Assembly (NCBI GenBank): GCA_016933595.1
Contig: JAFGAQ010000180.1
Location: 1 to 39,347, forward strand
Direction of reading: 5' to 3'
Length of the DNA: 39,347 nt
Source of the DNA: Opitutales bacterium
Lineage (GTDB): Bacteria > Verrucomicrobiota > Verrucomicrobiia > Opitutales > JAFGAQ01
Under the pieces are notes generated by a model that saw nothing but the letters and a program-made list of their open reading frames with translations, was not told the origin of the DNA and did no database searches. Below are positions 9,331-18,111 of this stretch, one piece after another (position 1 is the stretch's first letter; every line of letters begins with the position of its first letter). The position numbers were made by a program, and so were the translations under genes.

Positions 9331-9491
9331 AATCGCTTTCCTTTCGAATAGTTGAGTTATCACACGCTACCAAAAGGGACTGACTTGTGCTAAAGTCAGA
9401 GTTCCCACCCGGCAACCGTTTGTCTCCTTCATAGGATTCTGATTGAATGAACAAACGCAAGCGTGCATCCTGAGTCTTCCAATTATTGTCC

Positions 9492-10832
9492 ATGAAAAAC
9501 AGCTTTAGCATCCTGAATGCCAGGATCGTCAACGAGGGCACTATTGTCACTGGCGATGTAATTGTTGAGCATGGACGCATCGCGTCCATTGGTTCTTCCA
9601 CTCCAAACCAACGTAAAGGAAGCATTCTGGATGCCCGGGGCGCTTGGTTGATTCCGGGTCTCATCGACGATCAGGTCCACTTCCGGGAGCCCGGGTTTCC
9701 CGAAAAGGCATGCATCCGCACCGAATCAATGGCTGCGGTCGCCGGTGGAGTCACTGCCTACATGGAGATGCCCAACACTCGCCCGACAACCACCGATCAT
9801 GCGCGTTGGCAGGAGAAAATGGACATCGGCGCAAAGGATTCCTATGCACACTACGGATTCTACCTCGGGGCCACAAACGACAATTTGGAGGAAATCCGCA
9901 AGGCCGATCCCAAGCGCATCCCCGGTATCAAAGTTTTCATGGGCTCCTCTACCGGAAACATGCGGGTATCCGATCCGGACATCCTCGAAGCTGTGTTCAA
10001 GGCAAGCCCGACTCTCGTGGCCACCCATTGCGAAGACGATGACATCATTGCCCGGAATATGGCGGTTTTCGAACAACGCTACGGAGCCGACATCCCGGCG
10101 GAGTGCCATCCCGACATCAGAACCCGTGAGGCTTGCCTGGCTTCGTCCAGTCTCGCTGTAGAGCTTGCCCGGAGGCACAACACACGCCTGCACGTGTTAC
10201 ACATTACGACCCGCGACGAGCTCCAGCTCTTCGATTCCGGACCAGTTGAAGCAAAATCGATTACCTGCGAAGCGTGCGTGCATCATCTCTTCTTCAATGA
10301 CAAGGACTACGCCACGCTTGGGCACCGGCTCAAATGCAACCCATCGGTCAAGCGGGAATCGGACCGTCAGGCCTTGTTGCAAGCATTGCGGGATGACCGT
10401 ATCGACGTCATCGCGACTGACCATGCGCCCCACACCGTTTCGGAAAAAAGCCAACCCTACAAATCCGCTCCATCCGGGCTCCCGCTAGTTCAGCACTCCC
10501 TTCCCGTTCTACTTGATCTGGTTGCCCAAGGGGCGCTGGATATTCAAACGGTCGTATCCAAGACCAGCCATGCGGTAGCCAAACGATTCGGTATTCCCCA
10601 CAGGGGCTACATCCGCGAAGGGTATTGGGCGGATCTCGTTCTTTGCGCAATTGAGCCTCCCAAACAGGAGGATTCCAACCCGATTATTCTGTCAAAGTGC
10701 GGTTGGTCTCCCTTCGAGCGCTACCCGCTTCGAGGCAAGGTTTTGAGCACCATTATCGACGGACAACTCGTTTGGGACGGACAACGCATTTGCGGAAAAC
10801 CCGATGTGCAACCGCTGAATTTTGCTCAATGA
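9492..10832 (+). CDS. pyrC: dihydroorotase (type I-like amidohydrolase)
   Basis: PGLIDDQVHFREPG, MEMPNT, GIKVFMGSSTGN, HCED, LHVLH, KCNP, IATDHAPH, SKCGWSPF. Confidence 0.93.
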   Translation: MKNSFSILNARIVNEGTIVTGDVIVEHGRIASIGSSTPNQRKGSILDARGAWLIPGLIDDQVHFREPGFPEKACIRTESMAAVAGGVTAYMEMPNTRPTTTDHARWQEKMDIGAKDSYAHYGFYLGATNDNLEEIRKADPKRIPGIKVFMGSSTGNMRVSDPDILEAVFKASPTLVATHCEDDDIIARNMAVFEQRYGADIPAECHPDIRTREACLASSSLAVELARRHNTRLHVLHITTRDELQLFDSGPVEAKSITCEACVHHLFFNDKDYATLGHRLKCNPSVKRESDRQALLQALRDDRIDVIATDHAPHTVSEKSQPYKSAPSGLPLVQHSLPVLLDLVAQGALDIQTVVSKTSHAVAKRFGIPHRGYIREGYWADLVLCAIEPPKQEDSNPIILSKCGWSPFERYPLRGKVLSTIIDGQLVWDGQRICGKPDVQPLNFAQ

Positions 10833-12760
10833 GTCTCGCTGAAAGTCTTTTTCAAAGGATCGCCGACTTTCTCGACGACTACCCACCTTTCCAATACCTT
10901 GGAAAAGAGGATCTTCTGCGGATTGCCCGCCTCGTTAAAATCAAATTTCATGAAAGAGACGAAACGATTTTCGAGGAGAACACGCCACGCAGAAACCTAT
11001 TCTACGTGATCCACAACGGGAGCGTAAGGGTATTCAACCGCAAAGGGAAAAAGCACCAGCTTCGGGATATCCGGGTGGAAGGCGAACTGCTCGGGATCGG
11101 GCACATCTCAGGATTACCCCATTACACCCAATCCGCTGTCGCCGAAAACGACACCATTCTTTACTCCATTCCCTGGGAGCCGTTTTCCCAACTGCTTCCC
11201 GCCTACCCGGATGTGATGCGCTTCCTGCGGGCCAACACCTCGCTCCATCCCGAATCCCGATCCTGGGGGGGTGCCGCAAGCGAAATGCTACCCGGTGATC
11301 CGGGAGCCGACACATTGGTGGGGCACATCAATGAAACCACCTATCTTCCCCAGATTGTTCAAAAGCGTTTTCTGGCCTGCCAAACGAACGACACACTTCA
11401 GGAAGCGGCTTTCAAGATGCTTCAAAATGAACTTGAAGCCATCATTGTCGTTGATCCGGACGGCACGCCGAAGGGCATGATCACCAAGACCGACATGACA
11501 CGATGCGTTCAGTCGGGACGCTTACCCCGCAAAGCGCTCGCAAAGGAGTTTATGAGCGCTCCTGTGATCACAGTCGGCGAAAACCCGCGCTTGGGAGACT
11601 GCATGCGGCTTATGCTCAAAAGCGCTTGCCGGTTTCTCTGCATGACGAAGGATGGCAGCGCGTTCACACCCGCGACAGGTGTGATCTCCGAAAGGGATCT
11701 CATGCTCTACTATGGGAACAACCCCATGGTCATCATCCGGCAAATCGGAATATCGGACAACTTTGAGGAGCTCACCCACCTTCGATACCGCGCGGATATG
11801 CTCATGCTGAACGAGCTCCGCAGCGTGGACGCCATACTATGGTTCTCCGAAGTTGTCCACGACCTCAACTGTGCCTTTGCAAGACGCGTGATTGAACTTG
11901 CCCAGGCCGACCTGAGAGCCGAGGGATACTTCCCTCCCGATGTCCACCTTTGCTGGATGGCCGCCGGAGCCGGGGGCCGCAAAGAGCTGTTCACCCGGAC
12001 CGCAATGGACCGGGGAATGGTTTACAAAGCCCTTTCGAGTGCTGCGGAATCCCATGCTGCGGATTACGCGACGCGCCTCGCACACACCCTCTCCAACGGC
12101 TTGCTCAAATGCGGCTGGACGCCCAATACCAGGCAGATGACAGAGGCCAATATCCAATGGAACCGTTCCCTCTCCGACTGGGAAGCCTACTTCCATCAAT
12201 GGATCAACCACACGCTGGACGATGAGCTTCCCTCGGTACTGCCATGGTTTGATGCCCTCCCGATTGCGGGAAACGATTACTTGGTCGACAGTTTCCAAAG
12301 CGTGCTCGTGCGAGAGATTGCCAGCCACCCCGCTTTCATCCGGAGGCTGGCTTCCGTAACCATCACATCGATTCCTAAACCCGAAGAGTATGAGGCCTTC
12401 TCAACCCGCGAAAACCGTCTAGGTGAGCGGCGTTTCGACATCAGCCATTCCGTGCTTCAGCCGCTCAGCCACCTGGCGAGGCTTTTCGCCCTAAAAGAAG
12501 GAATCGTCAAACACACTTCGACAATCGATCGTCTCAACAAGCTTGCAAAGACTTCAGCGGCCCATCGGGCGCTCTTTGAGGATGCGGCGGAGGGGTTCAA
12601 GATCGCGCTTTTTTGTTCAGCCAAAACCGGTCTGCGCGAACAAAGCCCGGGGAATCTGATCGAGCCCGCTACCCTCACCGGAATTGAACAGCAATCTATC
12701 AAGTCCACATTCCGTTCCATCTTCGAGCTCCAAAACCTGGCGGAAACGCTCGTGTCATAA
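10829..12760 (+). CDS. cNMP-binding / tandem CBS / DUF294 nucleotidyltransferase-like signal transduction protein
   Basis: FLDDYPPF and cNMP-type beta-barrel, two CBS domains (GMITKTD, GVISERDL), then DUF294-like GxxGRKE...W.RSLSDW..YFHQWI...FD. ATGA overlap with the pyrC stop. Confidence 0.88.
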   Translation: MSLAESLFQRIADFLDDYPPFQYLGKEDLLRIARLVKIKFHERDETIFEENTPRRNLFYVIHNGSVRVFNRKGKKHQLRDIRVEGELLGIGHISGLPHYTQSAVAENDTILYSIPWEPFSQLLPAYPDVMRFLRANTSLHPESRSWGGAASEMLPGDPGADTLVGHINETTYLPQIVQKRFLACQTNDTLQEAAFKMLQNELEAIIVVDPDGTPKGMITKTDMTRCVQSGRLPRKALAKEFMSAPVITVGENPRLGDCMRLMLKSACRFLCMTKDGSAFTPATGVISERDLMLYYGNNPMVIIRQIGISDNFEELTHLRYRADMLMLNELRSVDAILWFSEVVHDLNCAFARRVIELAQADLRAEGYFPPDVHLCWMAAGAGGRKELFTRTAMDRGMVYKALSSAAESHAADYATRLAHTLSNGLLKCGWTPNTRQMTEANIQWNRSLSDWEAYFHQWINHTLDDELPSVLPWFDALPIAGNDYLVDSFQSVLVREIASHPAFIRRLASVTITSIPKPEEYEAFSTRENRLGERRFDISHSVLQPLSHLARLFALKEGIVKHTSTIDRLNKLAKTSAAHRALFEDAAEGFKIALFCSAKTGLREQSPGNLIEPATLTGIEQQSIKSTFRSIFELQNLAETLVS

Positions 12761-12776
12761 CTCCGCCACCATAACC

Positions 12777-13475
12777 ATGGACCACTCCTCGCTATCCCAC
12801 CAACCGCACAAGGCTCTGGACCCTGTGGTGCTCCCTTCGAGGTGGGTCGTTCTCGATACCGAAACCACCGGAGTCATCGCAACGCGTGACCAAATCGTAT
12901 CGATCGGTGCGGTTGCGGTTTCGGACGCTGAAATTCAACCCCAGGATTCTTTTGAATGCGTCATTCGCCAACCCTACAACAGCTCCTCTGTTGTGGTTCA
13001 CGGTATCACCCAGGACGAAAGCGAGCGCCGGGGAACCAGTGAATCGGAGGCGCTGCTGGCTTTCAGCGAATACATCAAAGACGCTTGTCTGGTGGGTCAT
13101 CATGTCGAATTTGACGTGACGATTCTCAACCACAGAATGAAGCACAAAACCGGACGGGTAGTCTCCAACCCATTCCTCGACACCATGGAACTCGTCATTG
13201 CCATGGAAGAGGCAAAATGGATCGACCCAAGGCCCTCCCCTAATGACTTTGGACTCGATGCCCTATGCCGCCACTTCAATGTCAAACGCAGTGGACGCCA
13301 TACCGCACCGGGAGATGCTTTCATTACGGCACTGATTTTCATCCGCTTGCTCAGCATCGCCGCGAACCGCGAACCGGATATGGTCCGCCGACTCATTCAC
13401 CCGGGAATCCCGCCGTCAGAAAAGGATCGGGTTTCTAAACCAGGAAGCAACGGGCAGGAGGAAAAAAAAGCATAA
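12777..13475 (+). CDS. DEDDh 3'-5' exonuclease (DnaQ-like)
   Basis: ExoI VLDTETTG, ExoII HHVEFD, ExoIII RHTAPGDA. Confidence 0.92.
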   Translation: MDHSSLSHQPHKALDPVVLPSRWVVLDTETTGVIATRDQIVSIGAVAVSDAEIQPQDSFECVIRQPYNSSSVVVHGITQDESERRGTSESEALLAFSEYIKDACLVGHHVEFDVTILNHRMKHKTGRVVSNPFLDTMELVIAMEEAKWIDPRPSPNDFGLDALCRHFNVKRSGRHTAPGDAFITALIFIRLLSIAANREPDMVRRLIHPGIPPSEKDRVSKPGSNGQEEKKA

Positions 13476-13487
13476 GCTCCGGTTTAA

Positions 13488-14561
13488 TCAATCCGATGCG
13501 CCACCCGCGAGACTAACGGGCTCAGCCTGCTTGAGCCTTAGAGCAGTCCGCACCCCTTCGCCGGGGCGCTTGATCCCGAAAATCTGGGCCTGAATCGGGG
13601 CTTCAATATGAGCCAAAAGCTCCATGTGTCCGCGTTGATCGGCTACCACGCTGCGCAACACCTCCGACAACGGCATCTTTCCAGTGAGTTCCAAATAGTA
13701 AGGAATCAGCCATTCACCGATGCCCAGCTTTCCCGCCAGATAATGAACATATGCCTTCGGGTGAAAGCTTTCGCTGAACAGAAGCATGGAAGCCTCATAA
13801 GTCGTCCACTGACCGACACTCAAATCCTCCGAATGCCTCAGGTAATTAAGAACATCGGACTCCCAACGCAAGATTTCGGAAAGCTTGGAGTCATCCATGA
13901 CGAGCTGCACTTCACCAGCAGAAGGCACAGCCACAACCGAAGCCACCACTTGGGACACTTCTTTATCGGACACACCACCCTTGGCATTCCGCCATTCCAT
14001 CTCCTTACGGTAGGCCGCTTCGTAGATTTCTGCAAAACGCTCGTTTGAGACCGAAACCCCGATCCGATGCATCACGCGCTTGCGAATTTCAAGAACAAGA
14101 TCCTGAACCCGGACTTTTTTCATGTAAATGCGGGTCACGCCAGGACGCGTCTCCATGCCTTCCCCATGCGGAGCATCGGTAACCGTGATTTCCTCACCGG
14201 TCGGGAAGAAAACGCTCAACTCGACAAATACTCCCATTCCGTCATGCCGGTGCAAAACGGCCAAGATGTGATCCGTCGGGCAGCACAAACCCATTAGCCG
14301 CACTCCGGACAACTCCGACACCCGATAGCAATCGCCTTTTTCAAAACCCAGATGCTCCAGAATCCGAATCGCGGACTGCGCCCGCGGATGACGGATCCAC
14401 ATGGGCTTGGCGTCTTTTACCAAAGTGACTTCTGAAGGCGAGCCTTGAAGCGATGCACGGATCTTGTGCAGGTAACGACCCTTCCACAAAAGGACGGATC
14501 CACCAACAGCGGAAATGACGATCAAGCCAAAAAAGGCAATACCCAATACTTGAAAAAACAT
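13488..14561 (-). CDS. hypothetical protein with N-terminal transmembrane helix
   Basis: Long ORF filling the gap, hydrophobic N-terminus (MFFQVLGIAFFGLIVISAVGG), no motif recognised. Start trimmed to ATG 14561. Confidence 0.7.
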   Translation of the reverse strand: MFFQVLGIAFFGLIVISAVGGSVLLWKGRYLHKIRASLQGSPSEVTLVKDAKPMWIRHPRAQSAIRILEHLGFEKGDCYRVSELSGVRLMGLCCPTDHILAVLHRHDGMGVFVELSVFFPTGEEITVTDAPHGEGMETRPGVTRIYMKKVRVQDLVLEIRKRVMHRIGVSVSNERFAEIYEAAYRKEMEWRNAKGGVSDKEVSQVVASVVAVPSAGEVQLVMDDSKLSEILRWESDVLNYLRHSEDLSVGQWTTYEASMLLFSESFHPKAYVHYLAGKLGIGEWLIPYYLELTGKMPLSEVLRSVVADQRGHMELLAHIEAPIQAQIFGIKRPGEGVRTALRLKQAEPVSLAGGASD

Positions 14562-14585
14562 GGCTCGCAGGGGGTTGAAATTACG

Positions 14586-14638
14586 ATGCAAGAAAAATCT
14601 TGCATAAAAATTCATTAAAAAAAAGCAAAAAGTATAAT
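14586..14638 (+). promoter_or_regulatory. palindromic operator candidate plus sigma70-like promoter in AT-rich divergent region
   Basis: ATGCAAGA-AAAA-TCTTGCAT (14586-14605), followed by TTCATT-N16-TATAAT (14611-14638). Confidence 0.45.
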
Positions 14639-14968
14639 CAAAATGCATTATTAATGAATTCCACCAAATCCGGCGAATTTAACGCACCTTTCACAAATGA
14701 GCGCCACTATCAATGGAACATGATAATCTCTTGTGTTAATATCATAAACACATTACTTCACACGGAGACGCTATGAACCCGCTTTAGCGTTACATCATTT
14801 TGTCATCTTTACTAACTAAAACACCAACAACGAGTGATCCGGCATGCTCAATCCAACAGAAAAAGTCCCCCAAGGCTTGCCTCATCCCGTAAAATGCCCT
14901 AGTTGCCTTTCTGGAAGCGTCTTCCCGCACCCGTCTGGACACGGTGCACTCCAACTTCGGATTATCAT

Positions 14969-16231
14969 ATGCCTAAACACTTTGGATTCATTTCCACCCG
15001 GTTTGCCGGAACAGACGGGGTATCACTCGAGAGCGCCAAATGGGCAGAGGTCCTTTGGCACGATGGTCACATTTCTTATTGGTACAGCGGACGGAGCGAC
15101 CGTCATCCTTCGGTATCGGCCTGTATTCCTGAAGCCTATTTCGGCCACCCCGAAAACGAATGGATCAACAAGCGAATATGGCAAACCACCACTCGGCCCC
15201 GGATGGTATCGGAACGGATCCGGGACATGGCGGATTACCTCAAAAGCACACTGTACCGGTTTGTCGAAATGCACGGAATCGATGTACTCGTGAGCGAGAA
15301 TGCGCTGACCATCCCCATGCACATTCCGTTGGGAATAGCACTCACTGAATTCATTGCCGAAACCGGCATTCCCTCCATTGCCCACCATCATGACTTCTAC
15401 TGGGAACGCACCCGCTTCTCGATATCCGCAGTTCAAGACTACCTCGACACCGCTTTCCCACCCCGACTGCCATTGCTCGCCCATACGGTGATCAACCGTG
15501 CCGCACAGGAACAGCTCTCGCTGCGAAAAGGAGTAGGTAGTATGCTCATACCGAATGTGTTCAACTTTGAACAACCCCCGCCCACAGCCGACGAATACAC
15601 AAGCGACCTGAGGGCGGATATCGGACTTGCAGATGACGACCTTTTCATCCTTCAACCCACCCGTATCGTCCCCAGAAAAGGCATCGAACACGCCATCAAG
15701 CTGGTGGGCATGCTCAACGACCCGAGGTGTAAGCTGGTGATCTCCCACGATGCCGGAGACGAAGGCCTCGAATACAAGCACATGCTTGAGGAACTCGCGC
15801 GGGAGGAAGGGGTCGACATCCGTTTCATCAGCGAGCGGATCGGGGAAGTGCGGCAACTCGATTCAGAGGGACGCAAGATCTACACGCTGGGAGACCTTTA
15901 CCCCCACGCCGATCTCGTGACTTACCCCAGTACCTACGAAGGATTCGGAAACGCTCTGCTAGAAGCGATCTATTACAGGGTCCCGATCGTCATCAACCGT
16001 TACAGTATCTTCATTCAGGATATCGAGCCGAAAGGATTCAAGCTTGCCGTAATCGACGGGTTCATCACACGCGAGGTGAAACATCACGTGAGGAGAATCC
16101 TGGACGACCGCAACTATCGATCCGAGATGGTCGAACACAACTACCGGGTGGCGCGGCAGTACTATTCCCATTCGGTGCTGAAGCGATCGCTTCGAATGCT
16201 CCTCAATGGCCTCACTGTCTGGTCCTCCTGA
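14969..16231 (+). CDS. GT4 glycosyltransferase, mannosylglucosylglycerate synthase (MggS)-like
   Basis: N-terminal GTDGVSLESAKW, HHHDFYWER, QPTRIVPRKGIE and YPSTYEGFGNALLE (GT-B E-x7-E). Confidence 0.8.
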   Translation: MPKHFGFISTRFAGTDGVSLESAKWAEVLWHDGHISYWYSGRSDRHPSVSACIPEAYFGHPENEWINKRIWQTTTRPRMVSERIRDMADYLKSTLYRFVEMHGIDVLVSENALTIPMHIPLGIALTEFIAETGIPSIAHHHDFYWERTRFSISAVQDYLDTAFPPRLPLLAHTVINRAAQEQLSLRKGVGSMLIPNVFNFEQPPPTADEYTSDLRADIGLADDDLFILQPTRIVPRKGIEHAIKLVGMLNDPRCKLVISHDAGDEGLEYKHMLEELAREEGVDIRFISERIGEVRQLDSEGRKIYTLGDLYPHADLVTYPSTYEGFGNALLEAIYYRVPIVINRYSIFIQDIEPKGFKLAVIDGFITREVKHHVRRILDDRNYRSEMVEHNYRVARQYYSHSVLKRSLRMLLNGLTVWSS

Positions 16232-16253
16232 GTCAATCCTCCCCTGTTCAAGC

Positions 16254-17993
16254 ATGAAGTTTCTCCGAAAACACAAAGTCCTCGAAATCCAGAGTCAGCT
16301 CGAATACCTCTACGGATCGAATGCGTCGGCCCTCCTTGAAAGGTTGATCATGCTGGTCGGCCGATATGGCGTTGGGATGCCAATTCCTCCCCCACGGCAA
16401 GACCTTTGGTCCGAAAAGGATGCCGTTCTGATCACCTACGCGGATATGGTCCGGGAACCGGACAAGGCCCCCTTGCGCACGCTTCGCGACTTTCTCAGCA
16501 GGCGGTTGAAGGGAGTGTTCTCCACCGTTCACCTCCTTCCGTTTTTCCCATGGTCATCCGACGATGGATTCTCGGTGATTGACTACCGGAAGGTCGATTC
16601 CGGATGCGGTACGTGGCAGGATGTGGAAGCATTGGGCCGTGATGTGAACCTCATGTTTGATTTGGTGCTCAACCATTGCTCCGCCAAAAGTGAATGGTTC
16701 AGGGACTTCATCACCGGGATCGCTCCCGCCCGGCACTATTTCATTGAGGCGGACCCCCAAGAGGATTTATCGGCGGTTGTCCGCCCCCGTCCATGGCCGC
16801 TGCTCACCGACACTCCAACCCGCGACGGATCGAAATGGGTATGGACCACTTTCAGCGAGGATCAGGTCGATCTCAACTGGCAAAACCCGGATGTTCTCTT
16901 CGAGTTTCTCGACATCCTGTTCTTGTATGTTTCCAAAGGCATGCGGATTGTCCGTCTCGACGCGATTGCTTTTCTTTGGAAGGAGCTGGGGACATCTTGC
17001 ATCCATCTGCCGCAGACACACGAAGTGGTCCGGTTGATTCGGAATCTTCTCGAAATGGTCGCGCCACACGTTCTGGTCCTCACGGAGACCAATGTCCCCC
17101 ACGAGGAAAACATCAGCTATTTCGGAAATGGGGATGAGGCGCATATGGTGTACAATTTCAGTCTGCCTCCCCTCCTGCTACATGGCCTTCTGAAAGAAAA
17201 CTGCTCGACCCTGAGGGAGTGGGCCACCGGTCTACCGGAGCTCCCCGAGGACTGCACCTTCTTCAACTTCACGGCATCACACGATGGGATCGGAATAAGA
17301 CCGCTCCATGGGAGGGTCAGCGACGATGAACTCACGTGGCTGGTCGAACAAATGAAATCCAGAGGAGGGAAGATCAACTACCGATCCAATCCGGACGGGT
17401 CCACAAGTCCGTATGAACTCAACATCACCTATCTCGACGCGCTATCCGAGCCAAACGACACCACACTCGGAACCCAACGCTTCCTTTGCTCCCAGGCCGT
17501 GACACTTGCATTCAAGGGAATCCCCGCCGTTTACATCAATAGCCTCGCAGGGGGAAGAAACCACTTGGCAGGAGTGGCCAAAACAGGCCAAAACCGCACT
17601 ATCAACCGCCAAAAATGGACCCTCTCTGAACTCGAAGACCGAATCGATCTGCCCGCCTCAATCGCAAACACGGTTTTCTCGCGGATCACCCGGATGCTCA
17701 AAAAACGCGCTTTGCATCCTGCATTTCATCCGGATTCTCCGCAGCGGATCATCCCCATGGGCGACAGGATTTTCTGCCTCATCAGGGGCTCAACCGATGG
17801 GCCAAACTGGGTGCTGTGTCTCTTTAATTTCTCAGGGAAACGCAACGCTGTGCGAAACGTCATCAGCAAAGCCGGTCTTTCCGGAGACTTCCGTTTGCAG
17901 GACCTGATCGGACGCAAAAGCCTCGACTCCCCTTCCAGCGCCATCGTCTTGCAGCCTTATCAAGCCGTCTGGCTCACTCCTCAGGAGGGATGA
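16254..17993 (+). CDS. GH13_18 sugar phosphorylase, glucosylglycerate phosphorylase (YcjM)-like
   Basis: HLLPFFPWSSDDGFSV, DLVLNH, WTTFSEDQVDLN, RLDAIAFLWK, TETNVPH, ASHDGIG, PYELNITY. Confidence 0.88.
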   Translation: MKFLRKHKVLEIQSQLEYLYGSNASALLERLIMLVGRYGVGMPIPPPRQDLWSEKDAVLITYADMVREPDKAPLRTLRDFLSRRLKGVFSTVHLLPFFPWSSDDGFSVIDYRKVDSGCGTWQDVEALGRDVNLMFDLVLNHCSAKSEWFRDFITGIAPARHYFIEADPQEDLSAVVRPRPWPLLTDTPTRDGSKWVWTTFSEDQVDLNWQNPDVLFEFLDILFLYVSKGMRIVRLDAIAFLWKELGTSCIHLPQTHEVVRLIRNLLEMVAPHVLVLTETNVPHEENISYFGNGDEAHMVYNFSLPPLLLHGLLKENCSTLREWATGLPELPEDCTFFNFTASHDGIGIRPLHGRVSDDELTWLVEQMKSRGGKINYRSNPDGSTSPYELNITYLDALSEPNDTTLGTQRFLCSQAVTLAFKGIPAVYINSLAGGRNHLAGVAKTGQNRTINRQKWTLSELEDRIDLPASIANTVFSRITRMLKKRALHPAFHPDSPQRIIPMGDRIFCLIRGSTDGPNWVLCLFNFSGKRNAVRNVISKAGLSGDFRLQDLIGRKSLDSPSSAIVLQPYQAVWLTPQEG

Positions 17994-18111
17994 ACCCAGG
18001 CAAATAGATCAGAGTCTGACTTGAGTTCCCTGTCCTGCGGTCAACAACCATTTTGCACCGCCGACCCCTCCGGCCGGACGGATCTCCTGGCTCAATTCCA
18101 GAAAACCTTGA

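Noticed and set aside
10829-13475. CBASS-like defence system (nucleotidyltransferase plus nuclease)
   Set aside because: The architecture is cNMP-CBS-DUF294, not CD-NTase. There is no effector (SAVED, TIR, patatin, TM) and the context is housekeeping.
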